Notes under the pieces: generated by a model
Database searches by the model: none
Seen by the model: the letters and a program-made list of their open reading frames with translations, nothing else
What the model was told of the DNA's origin: nothing
Program-made: the position numbers and the translations under genes
Assembly (NCBI GenBank): GCA_028534125.1
Contig: CM052816.1
Span: 17,858,001-17,922,000, forward strand
Direction of reading: 5' to 3'
Source of the DNA: Lama glama
Taxonomy: Eukaryota
DNA: 64,000 nucleotides
Shown: piece after piece, positions 38,805-50,568 of the stretch
Layout: every line of letters begins with the position of its first letter
Numbering within the stretch: position 1 is the first letter of the stretch

Positions 38805-39961
38805 TTTTTTTATTTTGAAATATTTAAATTTCTGGTGTACAGCACAGTGTTCCAGTCATGCATACACATATTCATTTTCATATTTTTTCATTAAAGGTTA
38901 TTACAAGATACTAAATATAGTTCCCTGTGCTATACAGAAGAAATTTGTCTTTTACCTATTTTTATATATAGTAGCTAACATTTGCAAACATCAAACTCTC
39001 AAATTTATCCCTTCCCACTCCCTTTCCCTGGTAATCATAAGATTGTTTACTATGTCTGCAAGTCTGTTTCTGTTTTGTAGATGAGTTCAGTGTCCTCTTT
39101 TCTCTTTTTTTCTTTTTTTTTAAGATTCCACATATGAGATATCACATGGTATTTTTCTTTCTCTTTTTGGCTTACTTAGAATGACGGTCTCTAGACCCAT
39201 CCATGTTGCTGCAAATGACATTATTTTATTCTTTTTTATGGCTGAGTAGTATTCCATTGTATAAATATACCTCAACTTCTTTATCTGGTCATCTGTCAGT
39301 GGACATTTAGGTTGCTTCCATGTCTTGGCTATTGTATATAGTGCTGCTATGAACACTGGGGTGCATGTATCTTTTCGAATTAAGAGTTCCTTCCATATAT
39401 ACCCAGGAGTGGGATTGCTGGATTGTATGGTAAGTCTATTTTTAATTTTTTTGAGGAATCTCCATACTGTTTTCCATAATGGCTGCACCAAACTACATTC
39501 CCACCAGCAGTGTAGGAGGGTTCCCTTTTCTCCACATCCCTTCAGCATTTATCGTTCGTGGACTTCTGAATGATGGCCATTCTGACTGGTGTGAGATGAT
39601 ACCTCACTGTAGTTTTGATTCACATTTCTCTGATAATTAACAATATTGAATATTTTTTTGTGTGCCTATTGGCCATTTGTATGTCTTCATTGGAGAAATG
39701 CTTATTTAGGTCTTCTGCCAATTTTTGGATTGGGCTGTTTGTTATTAAGTTGCGTGAACTGTTTATATATTCTGGAAATTAAGCCTTTGTCAGTCATGTC
39801 ATTTGCAAATATTTTCTCCTATTCCGTAGGTTGTCATTTTGTTTTGCTTATGGTTTCCTTTGCTGGGCAAAAGCTTTTAAGTTTAATTAGGTCCCACTTG
39901 TTAATTTTTTGCTCTCATTTCCATTGCCTGGGTAGACTGCCCTGGGAGAATGCTGCTAAGA
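38805..39961 (-). mobile_element. 5'-truncated lineage-specific L1
   Basis: ORF 39120..39548 is the L1 ORF2 C-terminus ([21 protein letters not shown]); 3'UTR closely similar to the 13812 copy. Confidence 0.92.
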
Positions 39962-41749
39962 CTAAAAGTTCTATACCTTGGAATGCTTCCTTACCTTCGC
40001 CTGTTCTCATCCTCTGAGAGGAGGGCTTTGCTGAGTGTCATGCCACCCCCAAAGTCAGCAGTAAGCTCAGAACAGCCCGGAATACCAGTCCTGGCCCCTG
40101 GGAGCACTTTTTCAAAGCAGCACAGATTTCCCAGCTCCTGTCTTCCCCCTTCCAAAACCATTACCTATTTTAAAACTTCCTCAATAGCCCTTGGCTTCGT
40201 CTGAAGGAAGACAGAGGAGCTAGGGAAGAAGGGGTGACAGGGTGACGGGGTGACGAGGATGGGCAGAGCCAGGCTACTGACACCGATTCAGTTAAGGAGC
40301 AGTCCTCTTTCTCCCCCAGGAGCGCTTACCCCCCGGGGCTGCAGTGACCTCGTCACCGCTTGCTGCCCTATGATGTTAGCCACAGGGCACCCTTCTCCCT
40401 CTCATGAGCTGGGCCACTTGTGATGGACTCCAGCCTTTGTTGGAACACTCTGCATTCACAGCCAGTCTCGCTTAATCCCCCTTAAAGCTTGTGCAGGGGA
40501 TAGAGAGTGCCTGGGTAGAGAAAGTGATCACATTTTCTTACCAGGGTTCTGCCTTCCATGGAGGCTGCGTGTGCCTTATTTATTCTTGCTTATTGCGTTC
40601 TGTTTATATTTCCCAAACAGACAGGAGAAGTCCACAGGGAGAACACCAGATTCCCTGGGCCTTCTCTGCCTGAGTGTGGCGCCTTCCTGGGGGAGGGAGC
40701 TGTCTTCCTGTGCACCTGGAGTAATGCAGGGGTGCTGTACTGTTCTCTAATGAAGCCCGAGCGGCTGTGCGTGTGACACATGCTTCTGGGAGCACGAGAG
40801 GAAGGCAGCAGGCGGGAAGCAGTCCTTCCAGAGGACCGCTGTTCTCAAACCACAGCTGATCAAGGCGGGAGCCTGACGCACCCCTCCCTCCTCTGATGCC
40901 CCTCTAGCCGCCTCCCCTGCGTCACTGTCAGAGCTTCCTGTACCTGTGAGGGCCTGATGTTTCCATTTTGTTCAACCCAGAGCATGGACCAAGAGTATTA
41001 ATTGCCTCAAGCAGTCCTGGCTACCCACATGCCAAATCAATCCCAAAATTTGGTCTAGCACCCAGGGGCAGCCCGGCCAGATAGCAGCCAGAATCCAAGT
41101 CCTGTCTCTGCCACTTGATAGCTATCTGACTTGGGGAGTTTATCACCAGTGCGTTCATGTTTTCCTTCAGTACGTACATTCTGAACATACCCTTACCCTA
41201 AGGCTGACAGTGTAGGTGTGGGCAGGTCAGACCAACCCCTCCTGCCACGGAGCTTTCCACTGGAAGGAGGCAGACATATATTATAAGCTTAATCACTTGG
41301 ACTTGTACTGACCTACCTACAAAATAAGTGAAGGAGAGCTGTCATTCTTTATATCACAGCATCTCCTCAGGCTTTAAAAAAAAGCATAACAATAAAATTC
41401 TAACATATTATGCAGACAACTGGGATATGGGAAGGGGGAACATAAATTTATTGAGTCCCTGCTGTACGCCAGTAGCTGTGAGCTGTTTTACTGATAATCT
41501 CTCATTTCATTCCACGCCGCGATGCTATGGGCTCAGCTTTATGATGCCATTTTGCAGATGGACGGGCTGAAGTTGACAAAAGGCAACAAGAGGGCAGTTT
41601 TACTGAGTTACGCACGGAGAGTATGCAGGAGCCGACTGCATAAGGTGCTGGGCCCCGAAGTCTGAGCCAGACTCAGGGCATGTTTCCTGTTGCTGTAATC
41701 TAGAAGGGCAGAGGGACACTGAGCCAGGCGTTCCAGGGGTGGTGAGTGC

Positions 41750-42500
41750 CATGGAGGAGCAAGACACTGGAAGCATATGAAAGGGAAAGCTCGCCTAGTC
41801 TGGGGGCTGTAGTAGTCGAAGAGGAAATACCTTTAAAGCAAGAGATCTGATGGAGAAATAGACATTAGCAAGACAGACAGAAGAGGCGGGTTCCAGGGGG
41901 AACCTGTGTGGAAGGGACGGTAAGGGCAGAGTCTGGAGGCCAAGGAGGAGGGGAGAAGAGAGATGGAGGCCACCGTGATCACACTAGTGTGGGTGGCCTG
42001 GCTGCAGAGGGATTGGGAGCCTGTGAAGTAGCTAAGCGGGAAAAGGTCTTGATCAGATGTCCACTTTAGCACGATCACTTTGGCTGCTTGATGGAGAAGG
42101 GAACATGGGGTACAAGACTGGGAGAGCGATTACCGTGGTCCTGGTGGGAGGTCATGGTGGCAGCATGGGCTGGAATAAAAGCAGTGGTGACAGCACAAAG
42201 CAGGGAACGTTTTGTACGAGTTCAAGACAAGCAATCCCAGGTGTTTGCCCTGAGGTTATGAGTGCCTGGCACTGCCATTCTCTGCTTACAGGAGGGAGAT
42301 GGGGGTCAGTGGATCTCAGAGATGCCACCAACACAGTAGCCATGCTGGAGTAGACTGAGGTCATGGAAGAAAGATGGGGAGTGACCTGTAGAAACAAAAG
42401 GGCAACCACGGAAACACTGAGGAATAGGATGCTGGGCAGAGACGATCAGGAGGATGAGAGCAATTAAAGTGAGCTGAAGCCAGGGTGGGGGCAGGAGGGG
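41750..42500 (-). mobile_element. L2 relic
   Basis: Purine-rich L2-like body (gatcactttggctgct...ggtcatggtggcagcatgggctgga...gagtagactgaggtcatgg). Confidence 0.5.
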
Positions 42501-43931
42501 AGAGAAGGGGAGTGGGAGGACAGACAGGAGTGACTGCGCCCACCCACTTGGGAAGGGAAGGCAGTGCAAGGGGGTGGGGTCCTCGCCTTCGTGATCGCGC
42601 CAGATCCTCTCCCAAGACAGCACCGTAATTCCTGCTGATGAGCTGATGCTTGTGGCCCGACGACCCTGGCTTTGTCCCAGGAGGAATAAAGAGACCATCA
42701 GAAACCCTGCTCTGGAAATGACAGGAATTGGTTAGATGGAAGGTGGATGTGGCTTTATGCTTTTCTCCACACACGAGCTACTTTTCCCCAGAAAGGAGCT
42801 GAGTGTGTGTGGGAGGTACCCCTCCGTTCCCCTCTTCCTGAAGACACGAGTCCTCATTCATAGCTTTAGCGGGGGCAATGACAGGCACCTGAGGCGGCCA
42901 GCACTGGTGGCCCACTGCCAGCCTGTCACGGCCAGGACACCAAGGCAGAGCAGACGGCCCCCTGGGCTGCTGTTGGGGATCATTCTTTCCTCTGGGACGT
43001 ATCTGGCTGCAGGCAGACTGGGCCTGACGGTCTCCTCATGAGCGCCACTCGGTTGAGGACACTGTGAGTGAACAGGGCTCAGTAACTGAGTGCCTCCCAT
43101 CTCCATTTCAGCTCTCTGATCTCTCTCTACCCAGGCCGGTGGCATCCTGCTTGAGGACTTTTCCCTGAGGGACAGATTTGGTCCTTCCAGACTCCAGTCC
43201 CTGTTTTAGAGATGGGCTGAGGAAGTAGATTGCAAGTGTTCTCGGTGGCGGGGGGTGGGGGGGAGCATCGCATACTGAGCCACGTGTACAAATGGGGGGA
43301 GGAGCCATGCGAAGCCTGGGGACCTTGGGAAGCCTGTGGGAAATGCAGCCGCCTTCTAAAGATACAGATAGCCTGCACTTCTGTCAGGGGCTAGTTAGAC
43401 AAGACTGACTAATTTATCCTACAGTGTGAGATGAGGATTCATTTCCTTTGCAAGTTGACTTGGCAATTTTCTCTGCTCAAAGAATATGTGGACTAGATGG
43501 TGTGCATGGCAATCGAAAAGAAAGAGCTGCTGTTAATTCTCCATTTTCAAATGTGAGATGGACTGTAGAGCCTACGTCCTATTCCCCTCAGGCAGACAGA
43601 CCACATGCTCTCCTGTGTAGAGCTGTGTGCCATTTGAAAGGTCAAAAAAGAGGGCCTTTTGTTCCCCCAAGACTCAGAGTTGGGGCCAGTAAGTGTGTTA
43701 GTGGGGGCCGGCTCCAGGGGCCCAGTCCTGGTACCCAGCCAAGCCATCAGCACCTGCTCCTCCTCCTCCCGTGTGCACACATGGCTCAGTGTGTGATGCT
43801 GGTCCCCACCTTCAGAGGACTTGTGCTCGCCTTCCTCAGCCCATCGCTAAGCACTGAAGGACAGGCCAGGAGGCACAGGCTCGGATGTCAGGACGTGATC
43901 GTGAACCTCCCAGAGGGAGAGCTGGGTTCAT

Positions 43932-44130
43932 CCAGAGCCCTCTGTCCAACATTCTGCCGTGATGGAAATGCCCTGCTTCTGTGCTTTCCCATATGACTCA
44001 CTAGCCATTGCTGAGCACCTGGAATGGGATGGGTGCAACTGAGAAACTAAATTTTAACTCTTACCTCGTTGTAATTGATTTAAATGAAAACAGCCACATC
44101 TGGCGAATGGCAGCTGAGTTGCATAGCATA
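43932..44130. mobile_element. MER3-like hAT-Charlie element
   Basis: ctgtccaacattctgccgtgatggaaatg...gcaactgagaaactaaattttaa...cagccacatctggcgaatggc. Confidence 0.7.
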
Positions 44131-46173
44131 GGCATCCATGGTCACCTGCATCCTGTGTGGCCAAAACCAGGTTTGTTTAGGTCTATTTGTCTTCCTGGCT
44201 TTCTGAATACTGTGAGGTTTGCTGTCAACTTAGCTATAAATCTTCCATTTAAAAATAAAAACAACGGTGGTGGCAATGAAAATCATAGCTGGCACATGCC
44301 GAGTCATGGCTGCACACCATGTGCCAAGCACTCTACCCACCTGGCCGACTCTGTAGTCACAGGATGACATGGGGAGTTGACAGAGGCACTGAGAGGCTGA
44401 GTGGCTTGTTGGGGTCACCAGCCAGTCAGCCGTGAAGCTGGGACTCACCCCAGTGGTGTGACCACAGAGCTCTTACACTCTGCTGCTGGTACGATGCTCC
44501 TCGGTGCCGTTTCCCAGCTGTTGTTCTAAGATACAGTCATGCCCTGGTTGTTGAAAGCCAGGCAGGGTCTTGAGGTCATTAACAACCTGGATGCAAGCAT
44601 TGGCTACACACAGCCTGAGCTGCTGAGTTTACACCTGGCTCCCGCCTGCTGTGAGCGCAGCAGATCAGTGAGAGCAGTGAGGTTGGCCCAGCCTGCGTCC
44701 ACTCACCTCCCCTTAGATGGAGGGCGGGAGGGACCCTGCCTGCCTGAGGTCTGGGAAACCTAGCTCTTTTCTCCATCAAGTACCAGCCCCCAGGCTCAGG
44801 AGAGATGGGCTTTCCTGAAAGCAGACATGGGCTATAAAAATGAGGAGATCTGCATACTATTTCCTTCTGGAGAGGAGTCATCCCTTTGAGGGCAGAAGTG
44901 GGCCGATCGCCTCTGCTGAGTGAGAGCGGGCACCGATTGAAGGCTGGATTGGAGTGTCAGTGAGACCTTCTGCTCATTCATCAGTGGCCCCATGCTTCCA
45001 GTGGAGAGCCTGGGGGTTTGCTGGGGTCTCTCTTCACTGGCTGATCCCAGCCTTCATCCATGTCTCATCAGCACAAGACATTCAGAACTTGGCTCTGCAC
45101 TGTAATGGTGTTTTGCTTGGCTTGGCAGTCTGACTCCTGCTACTGCAAGCTTAGAATTTGGGGAAAGGGACAGTCTTGGGGTTCACTTCTTTGTTGCTTC
45201 TTTTCTTTTGGCACATTGGCTGCTCAGGACTTTATTAAGTATCTCCCCAGGTGCTAACAACTGCTAAACACATTGCTAGTTTTTCTGCCTCTTGGTAGTG
45301 GCCACTGCCTGGACCCTCTGTCAGGAGTCTCAGTACCCAGAATTAGGGTAAAATCAGGGAGCTGGGGCAGGTCAGCTCCCTTCCCTGCACCATTGCCCCT
45401 CCTTTAGGAATTTCTCCTCTCAAGTCTTACCTCCATTCTATGAGAACTTCAACTAGCCTCCACCCACTTCCTCAGCCACGCATCTGGGTTTTCTTGTTCT
45501 CAGAGGGAGTATTCGGTGGCCTCGAGTACTCTGTCATACCCTGAAAGATGAGCTGGAGAGTTACAGACGGGCTGCCAACAGAAAAGACTCTTCCAGGGTG
45601 AAGGCATCCATCTGCCCACAAGGGAATGTCATGTCAGTGTGTCCAAAGGCCAACAAAATATATGTCACATCCACAAATCCGAACTTGGGCTAAAGCAAAA
45701 TTGAGAGTCACTGTTACTGGGATCTTTTGGTGTCCCGGGCAGCCTTTCCCTAAGAGCATTAGCTATTTCTGAGTGTTAATCTCTTGGCGTGAGTTCAGTG
45801 GAAAATGTGATCTTTTGTGGCAGACCGTGGTAGCAAGTTTGATCAGGTTAGCGAAAGGGACCCATGATGGTCTATGGAGGCCGGAGCACAAGTGGGAGGC
45901 CACCACAGCTGGCTCTCACGGTCCCGAGGCAGGCCAGGCCCAGCCATGCACAGTGCTGCCTCCTGGGGTCTCGGCTCTCGCTGTCATGTTCTTTACCTGG
46001 AGTAGCAGCATCTTGGGGGTGCTGTCACAGTGGAGGAAGGAGCCCTGTCCTGGTTACAGAGGGAAGTCTGTTTGGAGCACGGCTTTGCTGGGGGCATCAA
46101 ATGCTGAGGGCAGACAGCTCACAGGAGGAGAAAACCTGAGGGCTCACTATTTGTCCCCTCTACTTTTTTCCAG

Positions 46174-46290
46174 CCTGCACGGACAAGGACCTGAGGAACC
46201 TCGCTTCCCGGCTGAAAGACTGGTTTGGAGCCCTTCACGAGGATGCTGACAGGGCCATCAAGCCCACCGGCTCTGGCGCAGCGCAAGGCA
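46174..46290 (+). CDS. SPOCK1: Testican-1 coding exon (exon 7 in human numbering), start of the EC/calcium-binding region
   Basis: Polypyrimidine tract plus cag| acceptor and |gtaag donor; 117 nt, phase 1-1. Translates (A)CTDKDLRNLASRLKDWFGALHEDADRAIKPTGSGAAQG(R), matching recalled testican-1 CTDKELRNLASRLKDWFGALHED. Confidence 0.96.
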
Positions 46291-48639
46291 GTAAGATGGC
46301 TTCGCTCTTCTAGTTGATTTCACTGTAAACACCGCGTGTCCTCAGTTACTGGCCATTGGTGACTTCACAGGAGCATCTGGGGGGCTGGTGGGCAGGAAAC
46401 ACCAGGGTCCCTGTGTGCACAGACTGTGCGGGCTGTTCCATGGCCTTGCCTTCACAGCATGCTGGGGTTCTGTCTCTGTTGCTGAGCAACTAGTAGTCTC
46501 CTTTGTAACAGCAACAAAAAATCTCAGTTTATAGATAGAATGTAGTTTGCATCATTAGACCTTTATTTTGGAGCTTGAAGGTTGTCCCTAACTTTCAGCC
46601 ATTATAAGCAACACTGTAGCAAACATATTTGATAATTTATCTCTCAGAACATTAGTCAGAATGCATTTTGTCCATTACTGACTTGGTAGAGACAATGCTC
46701 AGAGCCTCTCCATACGCTGGAGCAGCTCAAAGTGGGTCTGGATGTTTGCACTTTGATGGAGTCTCTCACTGCCTTTAACCCAAAGGTCACGAGCGGTGAG
46801 CCCCTCCACCCCGTGGCTGATGGGCACAGAGTGACGTACTCAGCAGTGCAATTGTTCAGATACACATAGCCTTGCCACGGCCTTTTCTACGGAGCACTTC
46901 TTATACTGTGACAAAGTGATATCAAAACACGTGTTGTTTAAAGCATAGAGTATTGCATCCCATCTTTGATCCCGCATGCATCCTGACAGGATTTCTGAAC
47001 GTGATGCTCCTGGACTGAATTAAATAGGTAAGAAGTGCCACTGGCAACTTGAGGGACCCAGGGACCCAGGGGTTAACCAGCATCTGGTCTTCAGACTAAA
47101 TTAGAATGAACTTCCTAATTTTTTGGTTATTCTTTGCTGTTCATGGCCATTTAGAGATATTAGTAGAGAATATTCAACTAGGGGACACTTCTTTTACCAG
47201 TTTGGATCTTGAACCTTAGTGGAAAGATAAAGATTCTGGGGGAGCAAATGTTAAGTGTCCAAAAAGTGCTGGTGGTTTTATCTGTGGGAAGGGGAACATA
47301 AAATGGCTGCTTTCCATTCTTTCCGAAGGTCTCCTTGGGGGTGTGTGGACAGTTAATTCACAGCTTTTCCCTGGGTTCCTCCAGGAGCTGCTGAGCCCCT
47401 GGGCTTTCTGAGCAACCTTTCAGTGAAGGGCAGATTGATAAGGGAGAGCTGCTTCCTGCAGCCTCCAGTCCCAGGAGACTCCTTCTGATTGTTAGGGAGC
47501 CTGCAAAAGATCTGCCTTTGGGCACAAGCAAATGGAGTCCCCCGAAGAGGTTTTCGGGTTTGATGTCCTGAAGCAGCTGGAGTGAAGGGATATAAAGGAA
47601 TGATGCCTGATTAGCCCACAAGGCACAGAAGGCAGAGATGTTTCTGTCAGTGTGGGAGTTCTGAAGGGGAAACACCGAACCCTAGAAGGCCCACGTGTGC
47701 TTGGGTCCTACTAGAAGGGCTGCTCTGTTTTCCTCTGCCCCTGGATGTCAGATGCATGTGCCTCTTTTCTAGAACCTTCCAAGTGGGTGTGGCCACTGAG
47801 CTGGAGCTTAGACTACTCCCCAATCAGCTTGGCACTTCTTTTTGGTGGTCAGTCAGCAGTATTAAATTTTCCCTTTCTCATATATATGAAAATGGTAATA
47901 TCCTATAACATTGATGCATATTACAGAAAACATTCTGTACAGAAGTGTGGAGCCATTTAGTGTCAGAGTAAATCATCTTCGTTTATTCAGTCTCCCCTGT
48001 GGACGTCATCAGCGTAGAGGTTGTTCGGTCAGGACCTTCAAAGAGGCCACATGGCATTCCATGGTCTCTCCTGAAAAGGGGCCTCTTTTCTAAGATGTGT
48101 TTTAAGATATCCAGAGGAATAAATGGTAAATTGGAAAGATTTTTACATTTGAAGGGGTAGAGTTTTCAGTAGCTAGAACACTTCTCTCAACCAGTTCTCC
48201 TCTGGAGCACCTTCTGTGTGCCTGCACTGGCTGAGGCTACTGGAGGGAGCAAGGAGCTCAGGGTGTAACTCACAGGCGTGGACAATGAGAGGAAGCACAG
48301 GGTTCTATGGGAGCTCAGAAGAGGAGGTGCAGGACCTAGGTTCCTGGCTTCTGGACATTGAAGACCCTTTTGTAAAGATGCTGCTTTAAAGGCCAGGTAC
48401 ACTGTGCCATGTCAGACGTCCTACTGACTAAGCAGGGCTTCCTGGTGAGGCACGTAGAAACCTGAGGACAGGATGAAGGCAAGAACCCCAGGAGGGGCAG
48501 TCGACCCCTGAGGATCTTCAGTGACAGCAGCCTGCCTCACCCCTGCCACTGCTCATCCCTGCACTTGGCACCCAAGTCAACTGGATGTCCTTCGGGTAGG
48601 AGGGTCTTGTATCATGCGAGGCAGCCCTGGGAGAGGAGG

Positions 48640-48860
48640 GAATGAGAATGCAGACTCAGGGGTGGGCCACCTGAGCTCATATCCCTGCCCCACAATTGTA
48701 CGGCCTTGACCAAGTGACGTGAACCTTGAGCTTTTTTTTTTTTATTCTGTAAAGTAGAAAGGATAAAGCGTCATTTCATAGGGCTGTTAGAAGGATTCAG
48801 TGAGATCATTAAGTAGGAAATGCTTAGAAGAGTGTCTTAAGTAACACAGAAGTGAACTTG
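48640..48860 (+). mobile_element. MIR relic
   Basis: gccttgaccaagtgacgtgaacc...tctgtaaag...tcatagggctgttagaaggattcagtgagatc. Confidence 0.65.
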
Positions 48861-49704
48861 TACCATTTTCCTGGGAAAATAAAACTAATCCTAGAAATCC
48901 AGGTTATGTAATAATTTGAAATTGTGTGGTGCTTCTGATTCTGAAAGAAAGATGAGTTTCAGATTGGAGGCCTGTCTTCTCTGGGGTTTGTCTACAGCAG
49001 ACTCAGTATCCCGAGTATTAGGCCAAGTGTTATTGTTCGAGTGCATACAGTTTCCATGATGGAAACAAATAATTCTTTAAGAAAACGGCCTCTCCTCCCC
49101 CAGGGAAATAAGAAAGAAATTATTGTTGGAGTCAGTTTGGATTCCGTGCCATGTGTCTCTCGAGGGGATTGCAAAAAAGCAGCATGGGGAACTGAGGCAG
49201 GTACCTGGCTTGTCTTCCCATTAATGTTCAGACTGCTTGGCTGTTACCGTCCTCTGGGATAGAATCCGTGCTCCGGGGGGCACCACCTACCTTCATTTGT
49301 TTCCTTTGTTTTGGTTTTTCAAATAATTTTTTTCCCAAAATATAAAAGCATAGTTTGTGGTGCCGTCACAGTCCTCTGTACTCACCACGCTGGGACTCTT
49401 CCTGTCAGGCACACCCTGTTGTAAGCGTCTGGCAAATAAACCCACATTTACATTACAGATAAATTCATATTAGGGATTTTTTCCCTTTAGAACATAATTT
49501 CCTCAGATGCTGATTTAGTGCATTTTAAATTCTTTCATTTTAAAACTCACAACAGCTACCAGCTATGCTGATAGAGTGCTGCTCAGACCACGAGCGGAGG
49601 GGAGAAGCATCAGGGGAGGAGACGGGGGAGGGGCTGGGCCTCCTTCGGGGGCAGAGTCAGGGAGCAGGCTCGGTGGCAGCTGAGATGTGTCCTTCCCTCG
49701 GCAG

Positions 49705-49926
49705 GATTCGACACCAGCATCCTGCCCATCTGCAAGGACTCCCTGGGCTGGATGTTCAACAAGTTGGACATGAACTATGACCTCCTGCTTGACCACGCAG
49801 AGATCAACGCCATGTACCTGGATAAGTACGAGCCCTGTATCAAGCCGCTCTTCAACTCCTGTGACTCCTTCAAGGACGGCAAGCTCTCTAACAATGAGTG
49901 GTGCTACTGCTTCCAGAAGCCTGGAG
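49705..49926 (+). CDS. SPOCK1: Testican-1 coding exon (exon 8), EF-hand EC domain
   Basis: gcag| ... |gtaagg; 222 nt. Encodes FDTSILPICKDSLGWMFNKLDMNYDLLLDHAEINAMYLDKYEPCIKPLFNSCDSFKDGKLSNNEWCYCFQKPG(G); overlaps ORF 49752..50000. Confidence 0.98.
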
Positions 49927-50029
49927 GTAAGGCCCAGGGGCTGGGCTGGCCATTCAGGAGGCCCCCTCTTCGTAGTCCATTAGAAAGACAGACACACTGA
50001 CAGAGACACTGGCCACCTCTTCCTCCTCC

Positions 50030-50086
50030 ATTAGGTAGACAGGTAGGTAGATACATAGAAAGGAAGGAAGGAAGGAAGAATGAACG
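50030..50086. repeat. Compound AGGT/GGAA simple repeat
   Basis: aggtagacaggtaggtagatacatagaaaggaaggaaggaaggaagaatgaac. Confidence 0.8.
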
Positions 50087-50506
50087 TACGTAAGTCATAC
50101 TTCCGTGTCCAAGGGCTGAATCACAACTTCACAAGCTAACAAATGGTGGTTCCACTCTGTCTGGCATTATGGAAGGGCAAAAGTGGCCAGATTTATGCAT
50201 TCACCAATCTTTCTTCCACCTTTGATCATTGTGATTAAGCAAAAGGATGAATGAGTAGCAACCACTGATCCTAAGAGTCAATCAGTGTCTATCAAGTGCA
50301 GGGACGTCTGTTGGGGAAATTAGATTCCTAAGTTAATTCAGATGTTTTGGGAAATTTCATAAGCATAGGCAGCAACCTAGAAAGGTATGCAGGACTCTGA
50401 GTGCATTCATCTTAAAATGAAATTTGAATTTTTTTGAGGAACCTGGAACCCAGCATACTCCCTGAATTGGGGAGTAAAGGTGATTCTGAGGAAGCTCAGG
50501 TAGACA

Positions 50507-50568
50507 GGCTGTAGCTCGGTGGTAGAGTGCATGGCTAGCATGCAGGAGGGCCTGGGTTTGGTCCTCCC
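50507..50568 (+). pseudogene. Degenerate tRNA-Ala(AGC)-like sequence / SINE head
   Basis: tgtagctcggtggtagagtgcatggctagcatgcaggagggcctgggtttggtcc resembles tRNA-Ala (A-box TAGCTCNGTGG, AGC anticodon loop); B-box mutated and acceptor stem absent. Confidence 0.75.

Larger units (their letters stand above)
1..46173 (+). other. SPOCK1: Part of the large SPOCK1 intron upstream of exon 7 (>46 kb)
   Basis: No sequence encoding the preceding testican-1 exon (CKLEFHAC...) was seen; the region is repeat-rich with no credible CDS. Confidence 0.8.

Noticed and set aside
43448..43996. 182-aa ORF
   Set aside because: Non-ATG start, no recognisable domain, and it runs into a MER3-like element.
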